Shown here: positions 10,382 through 19,076 of the stretch, one piece after another | Position numbering within the stretch: position 1 is the stretch's first letter | Layout of the letters: each line of letters opens with the position of its first letter | Assembly: GCA_050118395.1 (NCBI GenBank) | Contig: JASFKY010000002.1 | Coordinates: forward strand, 1 to 42,802 | Length of the DNA: 42,802 bases | Source: Myxococcales bacterium | Lineage (GTDB): Bacteria > Myxococcota_A > Polyangia > Polyangiales > Houyiibacteriaceae | Reading direction: 5' to 3' | Notes under the pieces: generated by a model | Seen by the model: only the letters and a program-made list of their open reading frames with translations | What the model was told of the DNA's origin: nothing | Database searches by the model: none | Translations under genes and position numbers: made by a program

Positions 10382-12165
10382 CAGCAGGCCTCGCGGCGCA
10401 GCGCCCGCTCCACCCGCTCCAGCAACTCCCGGCCGAGCTCGAGGGCGCTGTGTGGAGACACCACGGCTTCGAGGACCGTGCATCCCGGTCGTGCATACGC
10501 GGCTTCGAGCGCCTCCCGAAGACCGCTCACGGTCGAAGCGCTCGAAAAGGCGCAACGATAAGCCGCCGCCGCGCTCCGGAAGTCCGCGCCGTGCGGGGTC
10601 GTGAAGTAGGGAAGCCAAGATTTCTTTCCGCCGTGGGCGATCGGGAGCTGATCGAAGATTCGACCGCCTCCGTTTTGAATCACGACGATGGCCAGCGGTG
10701 CGAGCGCGCGGGAGGCCAACTGAAGCCCGTTGAGATCGTGCAAAAAGCTGACGTCGCCGATCAGGAGCGTGGTCGGTCCATCGACCATCGAGGCCACGCC
10801 GGCTGCGCCGGAGACGACGCCGTCGATTCCGCTCACCCCGCGTTGGCAATACACCGAAAGCCGCTTGTCGTTGGGCCGAGTCCAGGTCTCCACGTCACGG
10901 ATGGGAAGGCTATTTCCGAGCACCAACGCACTTCGAGCAGGAAGCGAATCGACGACCGCTCGGGCGGCTCCCGCTTCCGTCAGCTGATCACCGGCTTCGG
11001 CCACGATGTCGTCGGCGGTGCGCCAGACGATCGACTCCGCACCCTGCATACGCGAGGCGAATGCTCCGTCGCGCCGTGATCCATCTAGCTCTGCGGGACC
11101 CAGAGCCCGGACCACGGCGCCGAGGTCAGCCTGAACGATCGCGTCTGCATCGGACGTGGGGTCCGCCCATTTCCACGGGTGGACGACCACCCGGCGTATT
11201 CGATGGCTCGCACACAGCTGCTCCCAGCCCGTGGAGATCGGCGCTGCTCCGAGTTGCAAGACGAAGTCCGGAACGCAGCCGGCGCGCCCACTTTCGGTCC
11301 GCCAGATCGTGTCGAACGCACCGAGCGCATGCCGAAGGCCGTGGTACCTGAGCTGACTGGATGCCTCCGCCAAGAGCAGCGCCCCGGAACGCTCGCACAA
11401 CGCGTCGATCGATGCCGCGTACACCGCGCTGTCGACATCGGCTGGACCGCACAAAATGATCGGCCGTGCCGACGAGTCCAGAGCTTCGGCCACCGAATCG
11501 GCGATCCGTGCCGGTAGCTCTTCGCCTTGCCGCGAGAGAATCGAGCGCGTTCTGTGTAGCTCGGTGACGGGCTCCGACAAAAGTCGATCGACGCGCGCAC
11601 GGAGCTCGTCACTGGGCGGGACGGGCTCGAGGGGCTTCCGGGCTTGCGCATTGATGTGAACCGGGCCGGGTTTTGCTCCGGTCGCCTCCGAGACCGCCTG
11701 CACGATCAGCCTGCGAGCGGCTCGAAGACCGCGCTCGTCTCCGCGTGGCTCCCCGAGGTTTGCAAAGAATCGCACGTGCCTTCCATAGAGACCGATTTGG
11801 TCGGTGGTTTGGTTCGCGCCGCAGTGATGAAGCTCGGGAGGGCGATCCGCCGAAAGAACGATCAGTGGCAGCCCCGCTTCGTTGGCCTCCATGACCGCGG
11901 GAAAGTAATTGGCCGCCGCGCTCCCCGAGGTGCATAGAAGCAGTGCGGGAGTCAGGCTGGCACGGGCGCACCCCAGCGCATAGTGAGCAGCGGATCGCTC
12001 GTCGATCGCGCTGATGCACTCGAGCTCGTCTTGCTCCAGAGCTGCGATCACGAACGGAGTCGAGCGAGAGCCGGGGCTGATGACTGCCCGTTGGACGCCA
12101 GCGTGCACCAAGCTGTCGATGAGCAGCCGGGCCCACTGCGTCTGTCGGTCAGCGGTTGTCCCCAT
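10381..12165 (-). CDS. menD: SEPHCHC synthase (thiamine-diphosphate dependent)
   Basis: 594 aa with the N-terminal ThDP-enzyme pattern (ISPGSRSTPF) and a C-terminal ThDP-binding GDVSFLHDLNG motif. It sits in the men cluster. Confidence 0.95.
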   Translation of the reverse strand: MGTTADRQTQWARLLIDSLVHAGVQRAVISPGSRSTPFVIAALEQDELECISAIDERSAAHYALGCARASLTPALLLCTSGSAAANYFPAVMEANEAGLPLIVLSADRPPELHHCGANQTTDQIGLYGRHVRFFANLGEPRGDERGLRAARRLIVQAVSEATGAKPGPVHINAQARKPLEPVPPSDELRARVDRLLSEPVTELHRTRSILSRQGEELPARIADSVAEALDSSARPIILCGPADVDSAVYAASIDALCERSGALLLAEASSQLRYHGLRHALGAFDTIWRTESGRAGCVPDFVLQLGAAPISTGWEQLCASHRIRRVVVHPWKWADPTSDADAIVQADLGAVVRALGPAELDGSRRDGAFASRMQGAESIVWRTADDIVAEAGDQLTEAGAARAVVDSLPARSALVLGNSLPIRDVETWTRPNDKRLSVYCQRGVSGIDGVVSGAAGVASMVDGPTTLLIGDVSFLHDLNGLQLASRALAPLAIVVIQNGGGRIFDQLPIAHGGKKSWLPYFTTPHGADFRSAAAAYRCAFSSASTVSGLREALEAAYARPGCTVLEAVVSPHSALELGRELLERVERALRREAC

Positions 12166-13504
12166 GGAGCGCTCCTAGAAGCGCCTGCATCTTGAGCTCG
12201 GTCTCGACGTACTCGGCATCGGGATCGGAGTCTCCCATGATGCCTGCACCCGCGTAGACCCATGCCTTGCCATCGCGCAGCAAGCCCGAGCGCAGCGCCA
12301 CGACGAATTCGCCGTCGCCGCTGGCGTCAGCCCAACCCACTGGTGCGCTATACCATCCCCGGGCCAAAGGCTCGTGCTCGGTGATCCACCGAATCGCCTC
12401 CTCGGTCGGAACGCCCCCGACTGCAGGCGTCGGATGCAGCGCGCGAACGAGATCGAGGATGTGCGTTGGCTCGTGGAGGTGGCCTTCGACCGGGGTCTGC
12501 ATGTGCAACACGTTGGGGAGCTCGCGCAAACTCGGCTCGGGAGCGGAACGAAGCGAATCACAAAATGGCTCGAGCGCTTTGAGAATCGCTCGCACCACCA
12601 ATTGATGCTCTTCCCGTTCCTTCGCGCTGGCCATCATTTTCGCCGCCTCGCCGTGCGCGGTAGAGCCGGCGAGCGCCTCGCTGAGCACGGCGGGACCGCG
12701 ACGCGAGACGAGAAGCTCCGGCGTCGCGCCGAGGAACGTTGCATCGTCGCGCCACAAGCCAAAACGCGTGCAGCCGGGGAATTGGGGCTCCAAGCGCTTG
12801 AGCACGTCCAGGGGCCCCGCCCCGGTCTCGAGCTCGACGACACAGTGACGGGCAGCCACGACTTTCTCGAAGACACCCTGGCGGATTTGGCTACGAATCT
12901 GCTCGACGCGGCGAGACCACGACTGGCGGTCGGCCTCTTCGATCCGGCGCGCAGATACCGGCGATGGGATCACGCCGATGGGACGTTCCAAGCTGCCCCA
13001 TAGGGCATCGAACGATTCCATCAGCGCGTCTACGTCTGCAGACTCCGCTCCGGTGGTGGCCAGGGACAACCATGCGCGCTCGCCCACATGATACGTCCAC
13101 CTCGGCAACAGGAGAAAACCATCGCCAAAGCCGTCCCAAGGAGGCCCGGCGGCGCACCCGCGAGCAAAGGAAGCACCCCCGAATACCCGGGGCGCGGGGC
13201 TGGCCGCATCCGCCACGTGCTCTGCGCGCTCGAAGAATCCCACCAGCGCCCCCGCGTCAGTCGGAAGCATGCCCGCCACATCGAGACCGGCACACGCGGC
13301 GCCCTCGGGCGGATCCCACAATAGGCTCGCTTGACTGGGGAACGCGCGCAGGAGGGCATCGGGGGGGGCCACGGGCGCCGGGACGGTGACGATCACTCGA
13401 TCGGAACCCATGCCCCGCGTCCGCAGGGCCCGTTCCAAGAACGCACGCGAAGTATCGCGGCTGGGAAGTCCCTCGAATGCAAATGCAGCGCCTTGAGACC
13501 TCAC
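12149..13504 (-). CDS. menF: isochorismate synthase
   Basis: Chorismate-binding C-terminal signature (PTPAVGG, WYSAPVGW, GAGIMGDSDPDAEYVETELK). The start is proposed at GTG 13504, giving a GTGA overlap with the menG stop and a GGGAGA RBS 8 nt upstream. The alternative is ATG 13411. Its stop overlaps the menD start by 17 nt. Confidence 0.85.
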   Translation of the reverse strand: MRSQGAAFAFEGLPSRDTSRAFLERALRTRGMGSDRVIVTVPAPVAPPDALLRAFPSQASLLWDPPEGAACAGLDVAGMLPTDAGALVGFFERAEHVADAASPAPRVFGGASFARGCAAGPPWDGFGDGFLLLPRWTYHVGERAWLSLATTGAESADVDALMESFDALWGSLERPIGVIPSPVSARRIEEADRQSWSRRVEQIRSQIRQGVFEKVVAARHCVVELETGAGPLDVLKRLEPQFPGCTRFGLWRDDATFLGATPELLVSRRGPAVLSEALAGSTAHGEAAKMMASAKEREEHQLVVRAILKALEPFCDSLRSAPEPSLRELPNVLHMQTPVEGHLHEPTHILDLVRALHPTPAVGGVPTEEAIRWITEHEPLARGWYSAPVGWADASGDGEFVVALRSGLLRDGKAWVYAGAGIMGDSDPDAEYVETELKMQALLGALHGDNR

Positions 13505-14229
13505 GACGATGTCTCCCTCGGCTCGGCCACGAACAAGGTACAAGCACCAAACGTGAGGGGCTTGGCTTCGATCACGTTCAAGCCGCAGTCGCTCATGAGC
13601 GAGACGAACTCGTCGGCTGGCGGAAAGGCGGCGATCGACTCTTGGAGATATTGGTATTCGCGCGAGCCGGACAGCATGCCGCCCAGTCTCGGAATGACCT
13701 TTCGGACGTGGAATCGCGCCAGGGGACTCAACCATCCGACTCTGGGCTCGCCGAGCTCCAGGACCGCGACTCGACCGCTCGCCTTGGTGACTCGGGCCAT
13801 CTCGAGCAGCGCGGCTTTTCGGTCGGGCACGTTGCGAATGCCAAATGCGATGCAGCAGCCGTCGAATGAGTCGTTTTCGTAAGGAAGCGACTGCGCGTCC
13901 CCTCGTTCCAGCCGGACCCGGTCGCCCAAGCCGCTGCGTTCGACCTTTTCGACCCCCACCTCGAGCATTCGCTCCGACGGATCGCTACCGATGACCTCGG
14001 CGTCGGGATGCAACCGGGCGATCATCAGCGCGAGGTCTCCCGTGCCTGTGGCCAGATCCAGAACGCGTGCGCGCGGGGGCAGCGCCATGGCTGCCACCGT
14101 CTTGCGCCGCCAGGATTGGTCGATTCCCATCGACATCAGTCGGTTCAGCAGATCGTAGCGGCCGGCGATTTGGTCGAACATCGCCCCCGAACCAGGTTGA
14201 GGCGCCCGTTGGTGCACCGCTTCGCTCAC
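13501..14229 (-). CDS. menG: demethylmenaquinone methyltransferase (UbiE/MenG class I SAM methyltransferase)
   Basis: MFDQIAGRYDLLNRLMSMGIDQSWRR plus the SAM motif VLDLATGTGD are the UbiE hallmarks. The start is proposed at GTG 14229, giving a GTGA overlap with the HMG-CoA reductase stop and a GAGGTG RBS just upstream. The alternative is ATG 14181. Confidence 0.9.
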   Translation of the reverse strand: MSEAVHQRAPQPGSGAMFDQIAGRYDLLNRLMSMGIDQSWRRKTVAAMALPPRARVLDLATGTGDLALMIARLHPDAEVIGSDPSERMLEVGVEKVERSGLGDRVRLERGDAQSLPYENDSFDGCCIAFGIRNVPDRKAALLEMARVTKASGRVAVLELGEPRVGWLSPLARFHVRKVIPRLGGMLSGSREYQYLQESIAAFPPADEFVSLMSDCGLNVIEAKPLTFGACTLFVAEPRETSS

Positions 14230-15440
14230 GTGCCACCTCGCTCGACCTTTTGCGCATGAAGTCGTGCGTTTTCGAGAACCTCTTCTTTGCGAGAGTGAAG
14301 CCGCATGTGTCCGCGCTGAATCCCTTCCCCAGCCAGCGCTCGAAGCGCCGCCAGGTTGGAGGCCATGCCGGCCGCACCCATGACCACCGCGAGCTCCCCA
14401 GCGTTCTTGACACCCATCAGCTCGAACCCTGCGCGCACTCCGCGGTGAACCCGGGTGGACCCGCCGACCGTGCCCACGGCCATCGGCATCTCCAGCGTTC
14501 CTTGGATTCCGCTCTCGGTGCGCCGCCAGACGACCAACGGCCTGTAGGTACCCGAAAGCGATGCAAACGCATGGGCACCCGCCTCGATCGAGCGCCAGTC
14601 CTGGCCCATCGCGAGCGCCACGGCATCGACGCCGTTCATGACCCCCTTGTTGTGGGTCACCGCGCGGAACGGATCGAGCTCTGCAAAACGACTTGCCTTG
14701 ACGATGCCGTCGGCGAGATCGGGGCCCCCGAGGGCGTCGACGCTGACGTCGCAACGCACGAACACCCGACGCCGTAGCGGAAGATTGCTGAGGATGCGCA
14801 GTCCCACGGTGCCCCCGGTGAGCTCGTGGATATGGGGAGCCACCGCCTCGGCCACGGCGTCTACCACGTTGGCACCCATCGCGTCTCCAACTTCGACGTA
14901 GAGATGCACGACCAGCACCCCGTCATGCTCGTCGAGAACGCGAACGTCGATGTCGCGGCAACCACCGCCTCGGCGAACCATGCCGGGGATCGCTCCGTCG
15001 GCGATCTCGAAGATCCGTTCTCGTTCGGCTTCCACCCGGGATTTCGCATCCAGCGGGTCGGGCACGTCGTCGAATTGGACTTGCGTGGTCATGATCGGCG
15101 CGGTGGCCTCGCCGAAGAATCCACCTGTCATTCGCACTTGCCTTGCGGCGTTGGAAGCGGCGGCCACGACGGAGGGCTCCTCGACCGCCATGGGGACGAG
15201 CACGTCCATGTTGTTCACGCGAAAGTTGAGCGCGATCGACAAGGGTAAACCGTGTACCCCGATCACGTTCTCGCTCATGCGGTCCGCGATCTCGAGCGTG
15301 AGCTGCCCGCCGTCAGTCAGATGCCTCACCGACTCCTCGGAGAGCAGACCCGTCTCTATCATCACCTTAAGTCGGTTTGTGATGTGCTCGCGGTAGAAGC
15401 CCGGGATCCGGCTGGTCACCGCTGGTGGTTGCTTCGACAT
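14226..15440 (-). CDS. mvaA: class II hydroxymethylglutaryl-CoA reductase
   Basis: About 404 aa. It carries the class II HMGR catalytic motifs ENVIG, DAMGAN, THNKG and GTVGG, and is colinear with the Pseudomonas mevalonii-type enzyme. The ATG at 15440 is preceded by an AGAGAGG RBS. The track start at 15443 is a TTG one codon upstream. Confidence 0.9.
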   Translation of the reverse strand: MSKQPPAVTSRIPGFYREHITNRLKVMIETGLLSEESVRHLTDGGQLTLEIADRMSENVIGVHGLPLSIALNFRVNNMDVLVPMAVEEPSVVAAASNAARQVRMTGGFFGEATAPIMTTQVQFDDVPDPLDAKSRVEAERERIFEIADGAIPGMVRRGGGCRDIDVRVLDEHDGVLVVHLYVEVGDAMGANVVDAVAEAVAPHIHELTGGTVGLRILSNLPLRRRVFVRCDVSVDALGGPDLADGIVKASRFAELDPFRAVTHNKGVMNGVDAVALAMGQDWRSIEAGAHAFASLSGTYRPLVVWRRTESGIQGTLEMPMAVGTVGGSTRVHRGVRAGFELMGVKNAGELAVVMGAAGMASNLAALRALAGEGIQRGHMRLHSRKEEVLENARLHAQKVERGGT

Positions 15441-15461
15441 CAATGCCTCTCTTGTTACTCG

Positions 15462-16532
15462 CTAGGACTCCCGGTGAACGGTGGCCCGTGCCACCGTGAA
15501 CAGTGCTTCACGTGCGCGGCTCTCGGGGAGATCGCGCAAAGCAAGACAGGCCGCCTCCGCCTCGCGAATGGCGACCTCCCTCGTCAATTCCAATGCGCCC
15601 GTCCCATGGAGCGCAGCCACGAGGCGCGATTTGGCGTGCTCGGGCATCTGATCGTCGGGGCATACCACCAACTCCTCGACCACCGCTTCCAAAGACGGGT
15701 CCCGCTCCAGAGCGACGATGACGGGGTGCGTCATCTTGCCCTCGCGGAGGTCGGTGAACGGAGACTTCCCGATCGTGGCGCCGTCGCCCGCGTAATCGAG
15801 ATGATCGTCGATGAGTTGGAAGGCGACGCCCAGGTGCAGGCCGTATTTCTCGAGCGCTTCGCAGGCGTTTGCATCGAGCCCGCCGGCCCGAGCTCCAGCG
15901 AACATGGCCCAGCGGAAAAGCGCCGCCGTTTTACCCTCGACCACCCGCATGTAGGTGCTCATCCGGGCATCGATGCGGCCGCGGTTTTCGAGCTGGATGG
16001 CCTCTGCGAAAATCATTTCATCGATGATGTCGAGAAGTCGGACCAGCACGTCCGGCATCTCGGCAGCGCGGACGCGTCGCAGGGCATCGACCAACAGCCA
16101 GTCTCCTGCAAAGATCGACGCCGCGTTTCCATAGAGCGTGCGTGCGGCGGGGACTCCGCGACGTTGGTCGCCGGCGTCCACCACGTCGTCGTGCAGCAAC
16201 GTGGCGCAATGCACGAGCTCCACGGCGACGCCGAACTCGCGGGTCTTGTCGTCGAGACCGTCCCCGAGCCGCGATGCGAGCACCACGCACATGGGCCGCA
16301 ATCGCTTGCCTGCGATTTCGAGCAAATGATGCGCGCTCTTGTGCACTACGCTCTCGCCGACCGGCACGCTTTGAATGCCTTGCTCCAGTGAAGACATGTC
16401 CCACTTCACCAGCTCCGCCAGATCCGCGAGGTGAGCGGATAGATCGCCGAGTCCTTGCGAATCGCAGACGGCCCTCAAGCTCGACAGAACATCCGAAGAC
16501 GTGTCGCTCCGAATCGCGGCGATCAGAGACAT
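15462..16532 (-). CDS. ispB: long-chain all-trans polyprenyl diphosphate synthase (octaprenyl-type)
   Basis: 356 aa. The first Asp-rich motif, ATLLHDDVVD, is identical in context to E. coli IspB, with small residues at -4/-5 indicating a long-chain product. The second motif is FQLIDDHLD. Confidence 0.85.
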   Translation of the reverse strand: MSLIAAIRSDTSSDVLSSLRAVCDSQGLGDLSAHLADLAELVKWDMSSLEQGIQSVPVGESVVHKSAHHLLEIAGKRLRPMCVVLASRLGDGLDDKTREFGVAVELVHCATLLHDDVVDAGDQRRGVPAARTLYGNAASIFAGDWLLVDALRRVRAAEMPDVLVRLLDIIDEMIFAEAIQLENRGRIDARMSTYMRVVEGKTAALFRWAMFAGARAGGLDANACEALEKYGLHLGVAFQLIDDHLDYAGDGATIGKSPFTDLREGKMTHPVIVALERDPSLEAVVEELVVCPDDQMPEHAKSRLVAALHGTGALELTREVAIREAEAACLALRDLPESRAREALFTVARATVHRES

Positions 16533-16560
16533 GACAGGCCCCCGTTGCGTTTCCCCTGGT

Positions 16561-17139
16561 TCATCGGTCGTCTTCTTCTGCGGAACGCAGCTCGCTGGGG
16601 TTGATCGCCCGGCCCGCCACGAGCAGTCGCACGAGCCGCTCGCCCGCCCTTGATAGCGCAGTCAGGCGGGAAAGTCGCTTGCGCATGAACTCGATACGGC
16701 GCCGCTCGGAGGTGCTCAGGCGCCCCCGAACGTTGTCCAGGAACTCTTGGGCCTCGCCGAGCGCATCGTTGGCCTCGCGGATCAGGTTGAGCTCGCGACG
16801 CTCGTAAACTCGCCGCAGCAGCTTCCAAATGCTCGTTTCTGCTTGGTAAAAGTCCTTGCGCTCACCCGGGCGCCACGTCTTGCGCACGGCGCCCCAGCGC
16901 ACCAGGTCCCCCAGTGAGAGACTGACCGCGCTGCTGCTCAGTCGAAGCGTGTCGGCCAAATCGGCCGTCGTGAGGGGGTCGGGAGACAAATACAGGACGG
17001 TCCAAAGGCGACCCATGTGCCGACGAAAACCCCAGAACTCCATGAGGCGCCCAATAGCATCCGCCGCCTGGAGCTCGGCATGGCGCCACAAGGGCTCGGA
17101 ATCATTGGACTCTTGTTGCTTTGCTGCAGCGGTGGACAC
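16561..17139 (-). CDS. GbsR/MarR-like winged-helix transcriptional regulator
   Basis: 192 aa with a GTG start. The segment EFWGFRRHMGRLWTVLYLSPDPLTTADLADTLRLSSSAVSLSLGDLVRWGAV matches the GbsR (COG1510) type winged HTH. It lies 28 nt upstream of ispB on the same strand. Confidence 0.7.
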   Translation of the reverse strand: MSTAAAKQQESNDSEPLWRHAELQAADAIGRLMEFWGFRRHMGRLWTVLYLSPDPLTTADLADTLRLSSSAVSLSLGDLVRWGAVRKTWRPGERKDFYQAETSIWKLLRRVYERRELNLIREANDALGEAQEFLDNVRGRLSTSERRRIEFMRKRLSRLTALSRAGERLVRLLVAGRAINPSELRSAEEDDR

Positions 17140-17156
17140 GTGGGCGACTCAGTTCG

Positions 17157-17172
17157 TTCAAATTTTCTTGAA
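17157..17172. promoter_or_regulatory. inverted repeat TTCAA-N6-TTGAA in an AT-rich patch of the regulator / ilvD divergent promoter region (candidate operator)
   Basis: Read directly: TTCAAATTTTCTTGAA, 18 nt upstream of the regulator GTG. It is the only AT-rich stretch in the 117-nt intergenic region. Confidence 0.25.
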
Positions 17173-17256
17173 GAGTCGTAGGGCTGTGGCAGCCCATCGT
17201 CAAGCGAACCCTCCAGGGCCGCGTTGCTGCGCTTGGGTGCTAGACTCCGCGGCCCC

Positions 17257-18939
17257 ATGAGCGCCAAGTTGAACAAATACAGCAGTCGAATCACCCAGCC
17301 ACCTTCTCAGGGCGCATCGCAAGCGATGTTGCACGCCACCGGCCTCAGCCGCGCCGACCTGGACAAGGCCCAGGTTGGTATCTCGGCGGTCTGGTACGAG
17401 GGCAACAGCTGCAACATGCACCTCAACGAGTTGGCGGCGGTAGCCAAGCAGGGTGTGGTAGACGCCGGGCTCGTCGGCATGCGGTTCAACACGATCGGTG
17501 TCTCGGATGGAATCTCGATGGGCACCGAAGGCATGAGCTATTCGCTTCAATCGCGGGATTTGATCGCGGACTCGATCGAAACCGTGATGAGCGCGCAATG
17601 GTACGACGCCAACATCTCGATCCCGGGATGCGACAAGAACATGCCGGGCTGCATGATCGCGATCGGCCGGCTCAATCGGCCCGCGCTCATGATTTATGGT
17701 GGCACCATCCGGGCAGGTCGTGGAAGCGAGGGCGAAAAGCTCGACATCGTGTCGGCCTTTCAATCCTACGGCCAGTTGCTTGCGCACACGATCGACGAAA
17801 GCAAGCGCCTCGACATCATCGAAAACGCCTGTCCCGGGGCCGGAGCATGCGGCGGCATGTATACGGCGAACACGATGGCTTCCGCGATCGAAGCCATGGG
17901 CATGTCGCTGCCCTACAGCTCGTCGACGCCCGCGGAAGACCCGAAAAAACGGCAAGAGTGCTTGGAAGCAGGCCGCACCATTCGGAAGCTGCTCGAAAGG
18001 GACATCAAGCCGCGAGACATCATGACTCGCGAAGCCTTCGAAAACGCCATGGTGACGGTGATGGCGCTTGGAGGTTCGACCAATGCGGTGTTGCACCTCA
18101 TCGCGATGGCCCGCGCCGTCGATGTGCCCCTTTCACTCGACGACTTCCAGGCAGTGAGCGACCGGGTGCCTTTGTTGGCGGACCTCAAGCCGAGCGGCCA
18201 ATACGTCATGGAAGACCTGCACCACGTGGGAGGCACGCCTGGCGTACTGCGACTCTTGCTCGAGCACGGGGCCCTTCACGGTGACTGTTTGACCGTCACC
18301 GGCAAGACACTGGCGGACAATCTGGCTGCTCTTCCCGATCTGAGCGCAAGCCAGCAAGTGATTCGTCGTTGGGACGACCCGATCAAGGCGACGGGCCATT
18401 TGACGATTCTGCGGGGAAGCCTCGCACCCGAGGGCGCCGTCGCCAAGATCACGGGCAAAGAAGGTCTGTACTTTCAGGGGCCCGCCAAGGTCTTCGACAG
18501 CGAGGAGGACATGCTTGCTTCGATGGAGCGCGGTGCAATCACCAAGGGTGACGTCGTGGTGATTCGCTACGAGGGACCGAAGGGTGGTCCGGGCATGCCC
18601 GAGATGCTTTCGCCAACGTCGGTCATCATGGGAGCCGGGCTCGGCAAAGACGTCGCCTTGATCACCGACGGCCGGTTTTCCGGCGGCTCGCACGGTTTCA
18701 TCATCGGTCACATCACCCCGGAGGCGCAGGATGGAGGCCCCATTGCTCTACTGCGCGACGGAGACACGATCACCATCGACGCCCAAAAGCGCTCGATCGA
18801 CGTCGGTCTCGATGAGGCAGAGCTGGCGAAGCGGCGAGCATCGTGGAATGCGCCACCCCTAAAGGCGCGCCGAGGCACACTCTACAAGTACATCAAAAAT
18901 GTGAAGCCTGCTTCGGAAGGCTGCGTGACCGACGAATAG
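17257..18939 (+). CDS. ilvD: dihydroxy-acid dehydratase
   Basis: 560 aa from ATG 17257 ([14 protein letters not shown]...), with the typical IlvD N-terminus, the CDKNMPG Fe-S ligand region and the C-terminal ITDGRFSGG motif. The 11-codon extension in the track starts at a TTG. Confidence 0.97.
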   Translation: MSAKLNKYSSRITQPPSQGASQAMLHATGLSRADLDKAQVGISAVWYEGNSCNMHLNELAAVAKQGVVDAGLVGMRFNTIGVSDGISMGTEGMSYSLQSRDLIADSIETVMSAQWYDANISIPGCDKNMPGCMIAIGRLNRPALMIYGGTIRAGRGSEGEKLDIVSAFQSYGQLLAHTIDESKRLDIIENACPGAGACGGMYTANTMASAIEAMGMSLPYSSSTPAEDPKKRQECLEAGRTIRKLLERDIKPRDIMTREAFENAMVTVMALGGSTNAVLHLIAMARAVDVPLSLDDFQAVSDRVPLLADLKPSGQYVMEDLHHVGGTPGVLRLLLEHGALHGDCLTVTGKTLADNLAALPDLSASQQVIRRWDDPIKATGHLTILRGSLAPEGAVAKITGKEGLYFQGPAKVFDSEEDMLASMERGAITKGDVVVIRYEGPKGGPGMPEMLSPTSVIMGAGLGKDVALITDGRFSGGSHGFIIGHITPEAQDGGPIALLRDGDTITIDAQKRSIDVGLDEAELAKRRASWNAPPLKARRGTLYKYIKNVKPASEGCVTDE

Positions 18940-19076
18940 GCTCTCCGCTCACCTGAGGCCTGTGACTGCTCATGGCCGGCAAGGCACCGTTGAGCCGTTT
19001 TTTCCTGCGATTTCGTGGGTCGACCCTAGAGTGAGGCTACGGGGCAAGCTTGGGCTAGCCACAGGGGAGCGACATC

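Noticed and set aside
18977-19003. Possible intrinsic terminator after ilvD (CGGC...GCCG followed by TTTTTT).
   Set aside because: The stem is only 4 to 5 bp with a 13 to 17-nt loop, which is too weak to call. The T-run is notable in GC-rich DNA but is insufficient evidence.
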